From: Octopus sinensis
Taxonomy: Eukaryota
Assembly: GCF_006345805.1 (NCBI RefSeq)
Contig: NC_043014.1
Location: 38,130,001 to 38,194,000 of the forward strand
Direction: 5' to 3'
DNA: 64,000 nucleotides
This document shows positions 1-12,227 of the stretch, piece after piece. Positions within the stretch are counted from its first letter, which is position 1, and each line of letters begins with the position of its first letter. The position numbers and the translations under genes were made by a program. The notes beneath the pieces are model-generated. The model did no database searches and was not told the DNA's origin. It saw only the letters and a list, made by a program, of their open reading frames with translations.

Positions 1-600
1 CTGGTGCAAAATAGTTGTATTCTTGGGAATCTTTTTACTCTTGTATTATCAGAAAGCTTATGTAAGTTCACTGGGTGGCTTAGTAATATTTCGTTGGAAA
101 TATGTCTGGCATGGCACTTTTCTACAGCTGGACAGTCTTGTAAACCATTCTTCAAAATGGTTCTTATTCATTTGTACCTTCTTATTTAACCGTCAAACCA
201 GAAGCAAATTATTATTTGCGTAACATCTGAAATAAATTCATGAGCAGGGGTTTCAATTTCATATCACTCTGAAGAAGCGTCGGATGATTTCTTGGGAAAC
301 TATAAAACCTGGTATTGATTTTTGTTCAAGAAATAAAAATTCTTGCTCGTATGACTTTTCGGAAAAGAGCAGTTTCATTAACACTGTATTTCATCAACAT
401 TGTGTTTCATCAACATTGTTCGGGTGTGTGGCCCCATTCAGCAGCCATTTTCTTCAGCTGCTCAGGATACTTGTTAGCAGCCATGTGTCAGAAGTAGCAG
501 TTTCACCAGTTATTTTAACGTGTAAACTGAAGCGCTTTATAAACCTTCAAACCAGCCTTTAGTAGCCGAAAAAGGTTTTGCATTAGAAGTTTGCCTTTCT
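1..600 (-). pseudogene. pogo/Tigger-family transposase remnant (CENP-B HTH to DDE_1 region), many stops and frameshifts
   Basis: Minus-strand hand translation across frames gives FSATKGWFEGFIKRFSLH-VKITGETATSD, AANKYPEQLKK, NVDET/NETALFRK, NKKVQMNKNHFEEWF and FPKNTTILHQ. These match Tigger motifs (ASKGWF..F..R, GESASAD, N.DETGLFWK, NKKAWM, FLPPNTT..LQP). Confidence 0.8.
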
Positions 601-618
601 TTTTCGGAAAATCGCCTG

Positions 619-664
<46 letters not shown>

Positions 665-713
665 ATTACTACTACTACTACTACTATAACTATCGGGCTT
701 ATCAGCACAAATC

Positions 714-922
714 AGCGTGGCTTAGTGGTTAGGGTGTTGGACTCATGATCATAAAATTGCGGTTTCGGGCGATGCGTTGTGCTCTTGAGAAAAACACTTC
801 ATTTCACGCTACTCCAGTCCACTCGGCTGGCAAAAGTAAGTATTCCTGCGACGGACCGGTGTCCTATCCAGGTGGGGAACATATATACAACCTGAAGCCG
901 AGAAACTGGCTCCCATGAGTCG
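714..922 (+). mobile_element. tRNA-derived SINE (TGGCTTAGTGG-head family)
   Basis: A-box TGGCTTAGTGG, decayed B-box, and the body shared with copies at 9697, 19986, 27725 and 32263 (cttcatttcacg..ccagtccactc.gctggcaaaa). Confidence 0.8.
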
Positions 923-1029
923 GTATTACTCGTGAAGATAACTACATTTATTGTTACCTTGCTTTGTCGGCACAATGCTTTGAGTTTAATCCTTATTCGT
1001 TGAACCAAAAGATCCGTCTTATTTTAAGC

Positions 1030-1375
1030 ATCATATTAGTTCTATATAAATATAAGGTCCTAATAGTTAACGGAGTAACTTCTAAAGCATTTGACCAGAG
1101 TTGTCAATCAGAGTTGTCCTGGTGTTAAACAATATCACTCACAAGTATACCATTACGACTATGGGTACCTCTGCACTGAAACCCTGTAATCTGTTAGTAA
1201 TAGCAACCAATTTTGCCCTGAAATTACATCCTTGCATCTTGAAAACGTAAGAACAAACTGGACAATATAATCTAAGATATACAGAATGAAAAAAAAAAGA
1301 CGATTAGACAAGGTTGGAAGGCCTTTTAGTCGAAGGTCTGCTCAACAAGGGTCTGGCTTTGGATGAGAAAGGACT
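1030..1375 (-). repeat. unclassified interspersed repeat
   Basis: The reverse complement of 1300-1360 matches the (gcaga)cttatgatcaaa.(g)cattcca.cc.tgacc motif also seen at about 40850, 41190 and 42420. Confidence 0.5.
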
Positions 1376-1627
1376 AAATTGCTGCAACAACAACAACAAC
1401 AACAACAACAACAGCAACAACAATAGTAATAATCATTTATCTTTCAAAGCCTCGCTACCATTCATTGCTGCTTGAAATGTCATCACGTATGTATGTATTC
1501 GTGTAAACACACAGGATCGATTGAGCTTCGTTGCTGTTTGCGTGGTAATAACCGTTGCATTCCAGCATAACGAATTTGTTTGTGTTTTCGATGTGTTTAT
1601 TCATATATAAATATATATACATACTAC

Positions 1628-1701
<74 letters not shown>

Positions 1702-2976
1702 GACAGACAAAGAGAGACGGAGATAAGAGAGAGACAGAGTCTGTTATAAGGACACATTTTATGGGCGATTAAGGTACGCATGACACATTCTCTAAATCAT
1801 TAAGTGAATAAAAGGGCGCGGGAAATTAAAATAAATAATAAATGAGTGACCTCTGAAAAGAATAACGTTTTCTTCGGGTGGAGTATTATTTCTTTTCTAT
1901 AACTTTATTTCTTTTGTTTTGCTTATATTTTTTCTTCTCTATTTTCATTACAAATATTTTCCCGTGTATATTCTCACTCCATACCCACCCTGTCTTTCTC
2001 TTTCTCACTCTGTCTATTATATATATATATATATATATATATCTTTCCTTCCATTTTTCCCCCTCTCACGTGTATTCTTCCCTCTCCTCTCTCACTCTCC
2101 CCACCCCCCTTCACCACCACTTCTATTAATAATCATAATAACCAAACGAAGGGGAGATTAAATAATGCAATTGAAAATTACACGATTAATTTGTTCTGCT
2201 TAACTAATTCCAAGGCAATGAATCATGTATTTCTGTTTGACCCCTGCCTCCAGACCCGCCACCGACTAGCGTCTTGCGTTCCCTGTCAACCCATCCCCAC
2301 CACCACCACCACCAAAGAAAATACTGCTAATAAAAGCAGTAATTACCTCCGGTTCATGGGGTCAGATTGGGGCTAAGTTATACATATGTGTGCGCATGTG
2401 TGTAAGCTTGTGTGTTTATATATATATATATATATATATCTATATTTATATATACGTAGACATGCACATCTACACACACACACACACATCATATATATAT
2501 ATATATATATATATATCTTTATATACATACACACAACAGATACATACCTACACACACACATACATACATGCATACATACAATACCTACCTACCTACCTAC
2601 ATACATACATACATACATACATACATACATACATACATACATACATACATACATACATACATACATACATGTATGTACGTTCGTATGTATGTATGTATGT
2701 TGTATAGAGTGTTTGAAGAGGTGTATAGAAATGGTATATTAAAAAGAAAGAGGTAGAATTTTCGATAAATCTTTATTAGCGATTTCTTTCGTTTAATCGA
2801 ACCTTTTCAAGATAACGCACAAGAAATTTCTCGATGTAGAATCACATCGAGTGAAAAACGGGATGGACGCTTTGATTTTGTTTTGGTGCCTCGCTCTGTC
2901 GTACGCGACTCTGAGGATTTGCATCCCCAACGTAAAACTTATAATGTAATACATGTCCTTGAAGTAGTAATTGTAC

Positions 2977-3063
2977 GCGGCTGAAGAAGGCTATAGACAC
3001 ACATTTACATCAATTATGCATTGTTATAAACCGTTTAATAAAGGCCCGAAACATATGTACCGC
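2977..3063 (+). ncRNA. type I hammerhead ribozyme motif with 60-nt helix II domain
   Basis: GCGG-CTGAAGA-aggct...ggccc-GAAA-C-ATAT-GTA/CCGC. Helix I is GCGG/CCGC, the core is intact, helix III is the palindrome ACATATGT, and the predicted cut is after 3059. Confidence 0.75.
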
Positions 3064-3080
3064 TAAATCCTTTGTTAAAT

Positions 3081-3122
<42 letters not shown>

Positions 3123-3362
3123 AGATAAGAAAATGGAGAAATACATCTAAATCAAATATCAATTACCAGATAATACTCAATCACATACTTTATTAAACCA
3201 CCACATAAGAGACTGTAGGGTTAATATAAAAAGCAGAACAAATCATGTACGTAAAGGAATGTACGTAAAAAGTGTACATAAAAGAGTAATGTTGTATAAT
3301 AAGTAGAATATATATAAAAGAGAATATAAATATAAGTAAATATAAATATAAGTATAGATTAC

Positions 3363-3489
3363 ATCTTACAGCTGTTTCGGCCATGTAGATACGTATGTCT
3401 CATTTTACCAATATTAACTTTTTATGGTAGGTCAATATATCGATATAAATGAGACATTTACAAAAATATCATAAGGCCTCTTCGGAGAT
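3363..3489 (-). ncRNA. type I hammerhead motif with 100-nt helix II domain, core variant CCGAAGA
   Basis: Minus strand: ATCT-CCGAAGA-GGCC...GGCC-GAAA-C-AGCT-GTA/AGAT. The insert contains an 11-bp stem (plus strand atgtctcattt / aaatgagacat). Confidence 0.7.
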
Positions 3490-4069
3490 TATGTAATATA
3501 AACCAGTCTACATATATACCCACATGGGTGTGGGTACATACCCATAATACAACATATACATATACATATGAGTGTATATACTCACACTCTTATACATATA
3601 AAAATATACATATACATAATGATATAAATAAATAATATAAATTAGTAAATATATATATGTGTTCCACATTCAATGTCTCAATTTTTCGACTTAATATTAT
3701 TCCATGGAGGGTTGCATTTACAACCCCTATCTCAATTTGTGTGTATATATATATATATAAGCCCTCAACGGAAACAAAATGTGTATAGGCTTTCACACAG
3801 TTTCCGTCCACCAAATCTCGAATATATATATATATATACATATGTATTTGCGAGTGTGCGCGCGCATGTGTGTGTGTGTGTGCGTACCTTTGTGTTTGTG
3901 TATGCTTCCCACCTCACCACATAACAACTTGTGATTTGCATATCGTATTGTGGTGACCCCTATAGCCATTCAATTTTTTAAAACTAGTTAACTAGTTTTA
4001 TAGAAACTTCTTTCCGGCGAACGAGACCGACAAAATAAATAACAAACACATTTATTTTTTAAATATAAA

Positions 4070-4162
4070 TGCTGAGGTCGATTTGCTCGACTAAACCCTT
4101 CAAGGTAGTGCCCCAGCATAACTGCAATCCAATGACTGAAACAAGTGAAAGATAAAAGATAT
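4070..4162 (+). mobile_element. SINE 3' tail fragment
   Basis: ggtcgatttgctcgactaa...gtgccccagcat...gactgaaacaagtgaaagataaaagat, the tail of the main SINE family. Confidence 0.75.
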
Positions 4163-4312
4163 GTTCACGAAACTTTCGGCCTTCTTCCGTCGTAAAATTA
4201 GAATATATAAATAATAAAATTGGAACGAAAATGTAACAAAATAATCTCATTTTTTGTGCATTTATTATGTTTTAACACATATGTATATAGATATATATAT
4301 TCTATTATATAG

Positions 4313-4345
<33 letters not shown>

Positions 4346-4526
4346 ATATATATTATATATAATATATAATAATATATTATATATGTTATATATATATATA
4401 TATTATATTTAATTATAATATTATATATATTATATATTATCTATATTATATTATATATTATATTATATATATATTATTATTTATATCTATATATATATAT
4501 ATAATATAATATATATATATAGATAG

Positions 4527-4604
<78 letters not shown>

Positions 4605-4775
4605 TATCGTGAAGCATATTTTCCACTTAAATATGGCTAACCCTTAAGGGTGGATGCTACTGTAGCTTGTAGCCTCAGGAGGACACCTCCTCCAGCTGGC
4701 TATTGACACACTTTCTGTGCCCTCTCAGTATTTGCAAAGAGAAGCCATCCTTCCCATCTTCAACCTTACATGATA

Positions 4776-4820
4776 CACACGGACTCGAGTTTCTGGGTAT
4801 TGACCCGTCATCAGCGTGTG
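4776..4820 (-). ncRNA. compact type I hammerhead ribozyme motif
   Basis: Minus strand: CACACG-CTGATGA-c-GGGT-caat-ACCC-a-GAAA-C-TCGA-GTC/CGTGTG. It has a 6-bp helix I, a 4-bp helix II, palindromic ACTCGAGT and a GUC cleavage triplet. Confidence 0.85.
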
Positions 4821-5014
4821 ACAATCACCGGTTGTCGATGAAAATTGGTTCCCGATGCAAATATATATATATATCCTTTTTCCAGTGACGAAAAGTCACC
4901 AATCTCGAATATATATTCTGTAAAAAAATAATTATAAGCGTTCACCGTATATTGAGTGAAGAAAATAGTCTAATATTGGTGCACATAAGCCCTCAACGGA
5001 AACAAAATGGGTAC

Positions 5015-5182
5015 AGGCTTTCACACAGTTTCCGTCCACCAAATTTACTCGTAGGGCATTGATTGATCCAGAGCTTAAGTAGAAAGTCATTTACTCAACG
5101 TGCTCGTAGTGGGACTGAACCTGAAACCATAAGATTGACTGCAAAGCAAGGTCATTAACCACACAGCCACGCACCTGCACCT
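5015..5182 (-). mobile_element. degenerate CORE-type SINE head
   Basis: Diverged match to gtttccgtctaccaaat...gtgggactgaacc...accacacagccac. Confidence 0.6.
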
Positions 5183-5660
5183 AATCAAAGTCGGGATTCC
5201 AATCACAAAAGCCACTGGTTCTAACCTGATCACCGGATATTAACTGACCCCAGCACACTTAATATCAATTTGACCAACCTTTCACGGAATCAATTATACG
5301 CTCTTTTAACTAATCATTTATATTCCATTTTAACATTCTTATTGAGCCTTAACAGCCTTTGTCGAAATTATCACTCTACTTTACTTCCTTTTCCTCTTTC
5401 TCCGCCCCTGTTTTCCTCTCTCTCCCTCCCTCTTTCTCTCTCTCTCTCTCTCTCATTACCTTTCTCTACCCTACTTTTGACTCTTTCTCTTTTCTTACGT
5501 CCAACTGCTTTCGTTCTTTCAAGAATAATTATTGTTGAAAGCACCTGCACGACATAATGCCATATGCAAGGAAAAGGGGTTCTCTCTGTCTCTCGCTCTC
5601 TTTCACTTTGTGTGTATGTATGTATGTATGTATGTATGTATGTATGTATGTATCTTACAT

Positions 5661-5817
5661 AGGCGTTGGAGTGGCTGTGTTCAGTCCCACTGCGTGGCAC
5701 CTTGGGCAAGTGTCTTCTGCTATAGCCTCGGGCTGACCAAAGCCTTGTAAGTGGATTTGGTAGACGGAAACTGAAAGAAGCCCGTCGTATATATGTATAT
5801 ATATATGTGTGTGTCTG

Positions 5818-5850
<33 letters not shown>

Positions 5851-5894
5851 TGTGTGTCCAACATCGCTTGACAACCGATGTTGGTGTGTTTACG
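5661..5894 (+). mobile_element. CORE-type SINE (head, microsatellite, start of second half)
   Basis: ggagtggctgtg..gttcagtcccactgcgtggcaccttgggcaagtgtcttct (CORE-like ACCTTGGGCAAG)...gaagcccgtcg, then (TG)n, then cgcttgacaaccgatg. Confidence 0.85.
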
Positions 5895-6407
5895 AAGCTT
5901 AATCAATGTTGTTATCTTGCAATGCCTGTGCAATAAGATTTTTTTAAAGTGAGGAAAGGTGTGTACAGAGTCAATCCTACTCACTAAGCAACAGCAGCCT
6001 TAATCCGAAAAGAAGAACAAGTCAACATCATCGGTAACCACTGAGCGGCAGGTTTTATGTCGGAGTTATCCCAGTTACCTGAGTTACCTTCTCCTAGAAG
6101 GATGCCCTTACAAAGGCTAGGAGTCCTTCACTCCCAATGGTTTAACCGCGCGATCGGGTATTCAGTCCGATTATTTCTATGTCCCCGCGTATGATACTTC
6201 CCTAAGACATCTATTGGATGGCCGTTGACTCTCAAGAGTTCCTCCGCCCTTTGACGGGTTTTGTTTTCATCCCGCAGGGTGACCAATAAACACCCTCCTC
6301 ACCAAGCAAGCTTGGTGGGGATGCCGGTTTAGTCGCCGATGACCCGACCATGCAACTGGTTGTACTGGGTTACATGTTACCAGTAGCACTCGAAATTGAC
6401 CTGACAT
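5895..6407 (-). mobile_element. about 510-bp non-coding interspersed element (possible RTE-type LINE 5' UTR), copy 1
   Basis: Colinear, high-identity reverse-complement match to 38245-38757. Both copies begin at the same point (gtcaggtca) directly after a (TAYA)n tract. Confidence 0.7.
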
Positions 6408-6428
6408 ATATATACATACATACATACA

Positions 6429-6502
<74 letters not shown>

Positions 6503-6660
6503 TATATATATAATAAATTAATAAATAAATAAAACGTATGCATATATACATACATATATGTACGTACCTACCTCTACATGTATATACACATGCATATATG
6601 GGTACAGGACACCCAAAAAACGTCGAACACAATGAGAAACGAAAACATAAACACAAAACC

Positions 6661-8455
6661 CCTTGGGCATCTCCAAATCACCAATCCAACTGACTTTTTT
6701 ACCACTGCAGATATAAAATCAGAGGCGGCGACGATAGATTACATCGATATAAAGGAAGACGATGTAATCAAGGCTATAGATGAAATGAAAACAGACTCAG
6801 CTACTGGCCCCGATGGATTCCCGGCAATCCTCCTAAAAGCATGTAAGAGAGTCCTAGCAAGACCACTGCAGTTCCTCTTTCAGAGCTTCCTTGCAGCTGG
6901 CAAACTTCCAAGAAAACTGAAGGAAGGTAAAATATGCCCCATTCATAAAGGAGGTAGCAGAGCGGAAACCAAGAACTATAGACCTATCTCTCTGACCTCA
7001 CACATCAGCAAGGTCATGGAACGAATAGTCAGAAGGAAGCTGATCACCTTCCTTGAAGAGAATGACTTGCTGCCCGACACCCAACATGGTTTCCGACCAG
7101 GGAGAAGCTGTTTAACTCAGCTCCTACAACACTATGACTGGGTGCTGAAACGGCTGCTCAACCACTCAAATGTGGAAGTGATATATCTCGACTTTGCAAA
7201 GGCCTTTGATAAAGTCGATCATGGAATGATATGTCACAAACTGCGTGATCTCAACATAGTTGGAAAACTGGGAGAATGGCTCCATGACTTTCTGAAAGAT
7301 AGAAGTCAGGTGGTAGTAGCCAATGGGGCCACTTCCATTCACCGCAATATAGTGAGCGGTGTTTCGCAGGGCACTGTTCTGGGACCACTACTGTTCATAA
7401 TGGCCCTCTCAGACATGCCCTCAGCCACGCAGAGAGCCACGATCACAAGTTATGCAGATGATACAAAAGTTTCACAGGCAATACAGAACCCTGAGGACAC
7501 TAAACACCTGCAATGTGAGCTGGACAAAATATACAAGTGGGCCGAAAAGAATAGCATGCAGTTCAATGCTGAAAAGTTTCAAGCTCTATACTATCAGCAT
7601 GCAAAACTAAATGCAATACCCAATGATACACTGGACCCGGAGGAATAGCAATCCCGGAGGCACAATCAGTGCGTGACCTAGGTATTTACATGAGTGATGA
7701 CGCGACCTTTCGTGTACATGTTGCTAAATTGGCAATGAAATGTAGACGACTGGCCGGATGGATCCTCAGAACCTTTAGAACAAGAGAACAAGAAACCATG
7801 ATGGTCCTCTGGAGGACACTTGTCCTAAGCCACTTTGACTACTGCTCTCAGTTATGGTCACCATCCAGTGTCCAGTTGATCACAGAGCTCGAGGCGATCC
7901 AACGTGGCTACACGAGGAAGATAGCCTCTATGCAGAATGTAAGCTACTGGGAAAGACTCAAGAGATTAAAACTATATTCCCTGGAGCGTAGGCGGGAAAG
8001 ATATGCCATAATATACATCTGGAAGATCTTGGAGGGACGTGTCCTGAATTTTGGCATCGAGAGTTACGCAAATGCCAGAACTGGGCGCCACTGCGTGGTG
8101 CCTAGGACTCCAAACTTGCCATCAAGATGTAGGACAAGATTCTGTGATAGCCTGGGCTTCCGAGGCCCACAGCTCTTCAATATCCTCCCGAAGAACCTGA
8201 GAGCCCTGCATGGGGTGGATGCAGATGTCTTTAAAATGAAGCTGGGTCTCTTCCTGTCAGGTGTCCCAGATGAACCAACTTCACGGTAGGAGGGGCAGAT
8301 GAGGGCAGCTGCATCGAACTCTCTCATGCACCAAATGGCAGTTGCTAGAAAGCTTTCGTGAAGTGAAACCAAGTAGCAACACCAAATGGCGGTGCCCCAG
8401 CATGGCCACAGCTCATAAGCTGAAACTAGAATCAATCAATCAATCAATCAATCAA
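6661..8455 (+). mobile_element. 5'-truncated CR1/L2-group LINE, ORF2 reverse transcriptase plus 3' UTR and (AATC)n tail
   Basis: ORFs 6578-7648 and 7669-8289 carry KNYRPISLTSHISKVMER, QHGFRPGRSC, YLDFAKAFDKV, GVSQGTVLGPLLF, YADD, RDLGI, YCSQLWSP and YWERLKRLKLYSLERRR. One 1-bp deletion near 7625 shifts the frame (correct reading TGPGGIAIPEAQSVRDLG). The first about 80 nt of ORF 6578 are upstream flank. Confidence 0.93.
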
Positions 8456-8755
8456 AATGGATATTTTTCTTAAACAACGAAAAAATAGAGTACAGGACAT
8501 ACAAAACAAGGAAAATTCCCCTTCTTCAGTCGCCTCTGTTTCATCTACTCCACGTTTCGAAGGTCAAGGCGATACATGACTTCAATGAAACTTTCCTTCC
8601 CGCGAAAATCAAATTAAATAAAATTTGAGATTTTTTTTGCGGAGGGGTAAAAATGGTAACAAAAACAGGACAATAACGACAGTACAAAATATAAACAGTA
8701 AAAGACAGGACACGGAGAATAACAGTAACACAAACAAGAAGGGCTGTTAAAAATA
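8456..8755 (-). mobile_element. non-coding element interrupted by the LINE (continues at 6598-6660), Penelope-like derivative suspected
   Basis: A-rich gtacaggac... sequence homologous to 38020-38160. It carries CGAAAC and CTGAAGAAGGGG motifs on the minus strand and is bounded by (TA)n. Confidence 0.45.
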
Positions 8756-9696
8756 TATATATATATATATATATTCTATAAATAATAATAAGCTCAAGCT
8801 TATAAGTGTTCACTGTATATTGGATATAGAAAATAGTCTAATATTGGGGCATATAAGTCCTGGACGGAAAAGCATTATAGACTTCGTTATTTTCAATATT
8901 CCTATTTTTGATGCTCGACTAGTTTATTTCGCTCTCTTTTTTTTTTTTTTTGTAGGAAGTGAGACCCTGCATCCGGTGCCACCTGGAAGTATATACGAAC
9001 TTTTAGTCTGAAGTTCAAGTAAATAACTAAGCTCATTGCCTGTTGAAGTTATTCATTACCTCGTCAATCAGTTAATGTAAAAATAAGATGGCGTAAAATA
9101 TATTCTATTCTCGAGCAGGAAGTTAATATTCATAAGAAAAGAACTGAATAAATAAATAACAAAATACCGAAACATATGACTTAATGAGTTTAGTTTTGTC
9201 CTTCGACGGTCTGAATATAAATCTACTACTATAGTTTTACTATTTTCTCACCCTTATGGTTTGTATAAAGGAAGTACCAAAGGTACATACGGGTATTTTT
9301 ACAATCGATAATGAATCTTATTACAATTTTTTTGTCCCCACAGCAAGGTGAAAAATCAATATTTATGAGACCACGTGTGTGGGGGGGGGGGGAGTATGGA
9401 TTTACAGAATCAGTGAAGCGTCTGAGAAAAAAGAATATAGCACGTGGTATTTCATTATGAGTTCTTACACTTTCTGAGTTTAAATTCGAATAGGGCCGAC
9501 TTAGCCTTTGATTCCTCCGAGATCGATAAAATAAAGTAATAATCAAAAACTACAGTGCGTTTAATCTACTATACTCAACTCTCCAAGTTAAAATGTGTGA
9601 CTTAGTACCAATTGAGTCTACCTATTGAGTAGTACCTATTGAGTCTACCATAGTACCTATGGTAGGTTCAATATTTATGTGGCAGCATAAATGAAG

Positions 9697-9955
9697 GTGT
9701 ATGGCCTAGTGGTTACGATGTTGTTATTCACGATCACAAGATCACGGTTTCAATTACCGGTACTGAGCGCAAAACACTTCATTGCACGTTGCTCCCTTTC
9801 ACTCAAGCGTAAATGAGTAACCCTGACGCCCTGTTGAGGGTGAGTTATTAGTGGTGTGGCGGTTGATGATATCGGTCACTTATGCGCCATGGAAACCGGG
9901 TAAGCGGCCTTATGAACCCAAAGGCTTGAGACAGTAATGTCAAGAGTTTTATGAT
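9697..9955 (+). mobile_element. tRNA-derived SINE, diverged
   Basis: tggcctagtggtt A-box, acacttcattgcacgttgctcc body, ccatggaaaccggg tail. Confidence 0.7.
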
Positions 9956-10417
9956 AGTGATGATAAGTGCTTGTGGCTTGGGGGAGTTCTTCCGGTAAGC
10001 TGCAGAGTTTGCGGTGCGGTTTCAATTCTCGATTGAAGCCAATTATCCATCTCTTGTTTGCGATAATGTTCTTTTTTAAAGACATAAATTTCACTCGACA
10101 TTTTGCTATCTCTCTTCAACTATAGCATGTTTGATTTTGTGAGTAAAAAAATATAATAAAACAATCATGGGCAAATTTCTTCTACTATACCCCCAGGACG
10201 ACCAATGCCTTGTAAGTTTCAGTGGTTATCAACCATTTTAATATCCGGGTCAGACCCAAAACCTGGATTTTTTAGGGGACCGTGCCAAAAAAAGTAAAAC
10301 ACAAATCAGTTAAAGGAAAACTTATTTTCATAAAGGGAGGTCATCAGGGACCTTAGCATTTTTTCCGGCGTGCTAAATGATTCTGCCAGGTCAACGTCTT
10401 CCGCAGGATCTAAGATA

Positions 10418-11670
10418 TCAGGTCATCCCATAAGTTCTGTCCGAATTTTGAATAAAGAAAACAAGTGATCAAATGTTATATTTAATTGAAATTTAATCAT
10501 CAATGTACTTTCCCTGATTATCTATGACTTCCTTCCATCTACTTACAAGCTTTTTAATCCCATCAATGAAAAATTCTTTTGGTTTCAAAGCGAAGCACTC
10601 TGAAATGTCAGTTTCGATTTCCTCCTGGCTTGTGAAAGTTATGTCCCCCAAATGATTCTGTAAACTACAAAACAAATGGTAGTCTGAAGGAGCATGGTCG
10701 GGAGAATAAGGTGGATGAGGAATTTTTCCCAACCAAGCTCTTCGATCTTCTGTGATATGATCTTTGCAATGTGGGGTAACGCATTGTCCTGATGAAACGT
10801 CACTCCTTTTTCGATTTACTAAAGCGGGTCTTTTTTTCTTCAAAGGTTGGTTCAAACGCTCTAATTGCTGACAGTAGACTTGAGCATTGATTGTTGCATT
10901 AGAAGTGAATTACTCCTTTGCAATCCCACCAGATATAGAGAAGAACCTTTTTCCCATGAAGTTCCCTTTTCAGGAGTGGTTGAGCTCTTTCCTTTTTATC
11001 AAGCGACTGTTTACAACGTTTAACATTTCGATAGAAGATCCATTTTTCGTCACCAGTCACAAGTCTATCCAAAAAGGGTGAAATGAGTTCGCGAGGATGG
11101 AGAGAAGAGCAGATGTCAACTCAGGATTTGCGGTTGCTTTCGGAAAATTCATGAGGCACCCATTTTCCAAGTTTTGCAAAGTTTCCATGTTGTTGAAGAT
11201 AACGATGAACAGTTGTATGGTTTGAACTAAAATTTATTGCCAATTCTTCAACTGATAATGCTTCAAGGAGCTTATCATCAAACTCAACTGGACATCCAGC
11301 TCGGTCTTCATCTTCAAGACTGAAATCTTCACTTCTGAATTTTGCAAACCATCTTTTGTAAGTTCTTTCATTCTAGCATTCTTTCCCATAAATTGAGTGT
11401 ATGTTTCGAGTCGCTTCGACTGTAGAGTTTTCTTTTTTGTACTCATAAAGCATTATGTGCCTCAAATGCTCTTTGGATACTTCCATGTTAGAAGGAGTTT
11501 TTATGAAAGGACTTTTAATTCTATTATTCTGTAAGATAATATTTAATTAGTTTAAATGTACACAAATGCATCAAAATAATTTTTAATTCCATTAGACATT
11601 CTAAAATACTATTAAATTTCATTCAATTTTTAAAAAGGTAAAATCGGACAGAACTAATGGGATGGCCTGA
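10418..11670 (-). mobile_element. full-length decayed mariner (Tc1/mariner) transposon, 1253 bp
   Basis: TIRs tcaggtcatcccataagttctgtccga / tcggacagaactaatgggatggcctga, with TA on both sides (10416-17, 11671-72). Minus-strand ORF pieces include PHPPYSPDHAPSDYHLF and RWKEVIDNQGKYID, and a P(R)EL remnant of the WVPHEL motif. Multiple frameshifts. Confidence 0.92.
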
Positions 11671-12227
11671 TAGTAAAGAAAGAAAATGATGCTAAAATTA
11701 TAAGCTGGAAGCATAGCTTGTCTTTGATCTGTGTCTGTAACATCACATCAAATTTTGAAAGTTAGGATTTTGCAGTCCGGGATCAAGAAATATGTTCAAA
11801 GTATCAAACAGACAAAAAACGATGCTGGAAGCTTTAAACTCCTAAGTTGTGGCTCAAAGTGTCTGTTAAATCACATTTCTGTGGAACATATTATATATGC
11901 AATCAGTAACTCCTAAAAAGGTACAGCTTTCCAATATGGCATCAGTCCCCAAACTATTTTTGCTCTACGGACTGATTTCATGCGAGACAGTTTTCCCATG
12001 AACAAGGGATCACGTGTATAACAAGACACAACAAAGTTCACAATATATAAGGCCAATTATTGGTTTCAAATTTTGGCACCAGGCAACCGTTTTCTCAGGA
12101 ACGCCAAGAGTAAAAGATGTTTTGTGTGACACATTCTACTAGTATACGAAGTTTGAAAGTGTTTAGTTACAAAAATTTTTTTTTAATCTGTCGGTCAAAA
12201 GGTAAAGATCCGCCGTTAGTTTCCCTT

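Noticed and set aside
269-305. CTGAAGA...GGAAAC near the window start
   Set aside because: No helices can form, and it lies inside the pogo transposase remnant.
714-790. tRNA genes at SINE heads
   Set aside because: A/B boxes are present but there is no complete cloverleaf, and each continues into a SINE body.
4165-4200. Minus-strand acgaCGGAAGAaggcCGAAAgtttcgt hammerhead look-alike
   Set aside because: The core is altered, and helices II and III are too short to form.
9150-9185. ccGAAACATATGAC
   Set aside because: No CUGANGA, and the cleavage triplet is wrong.
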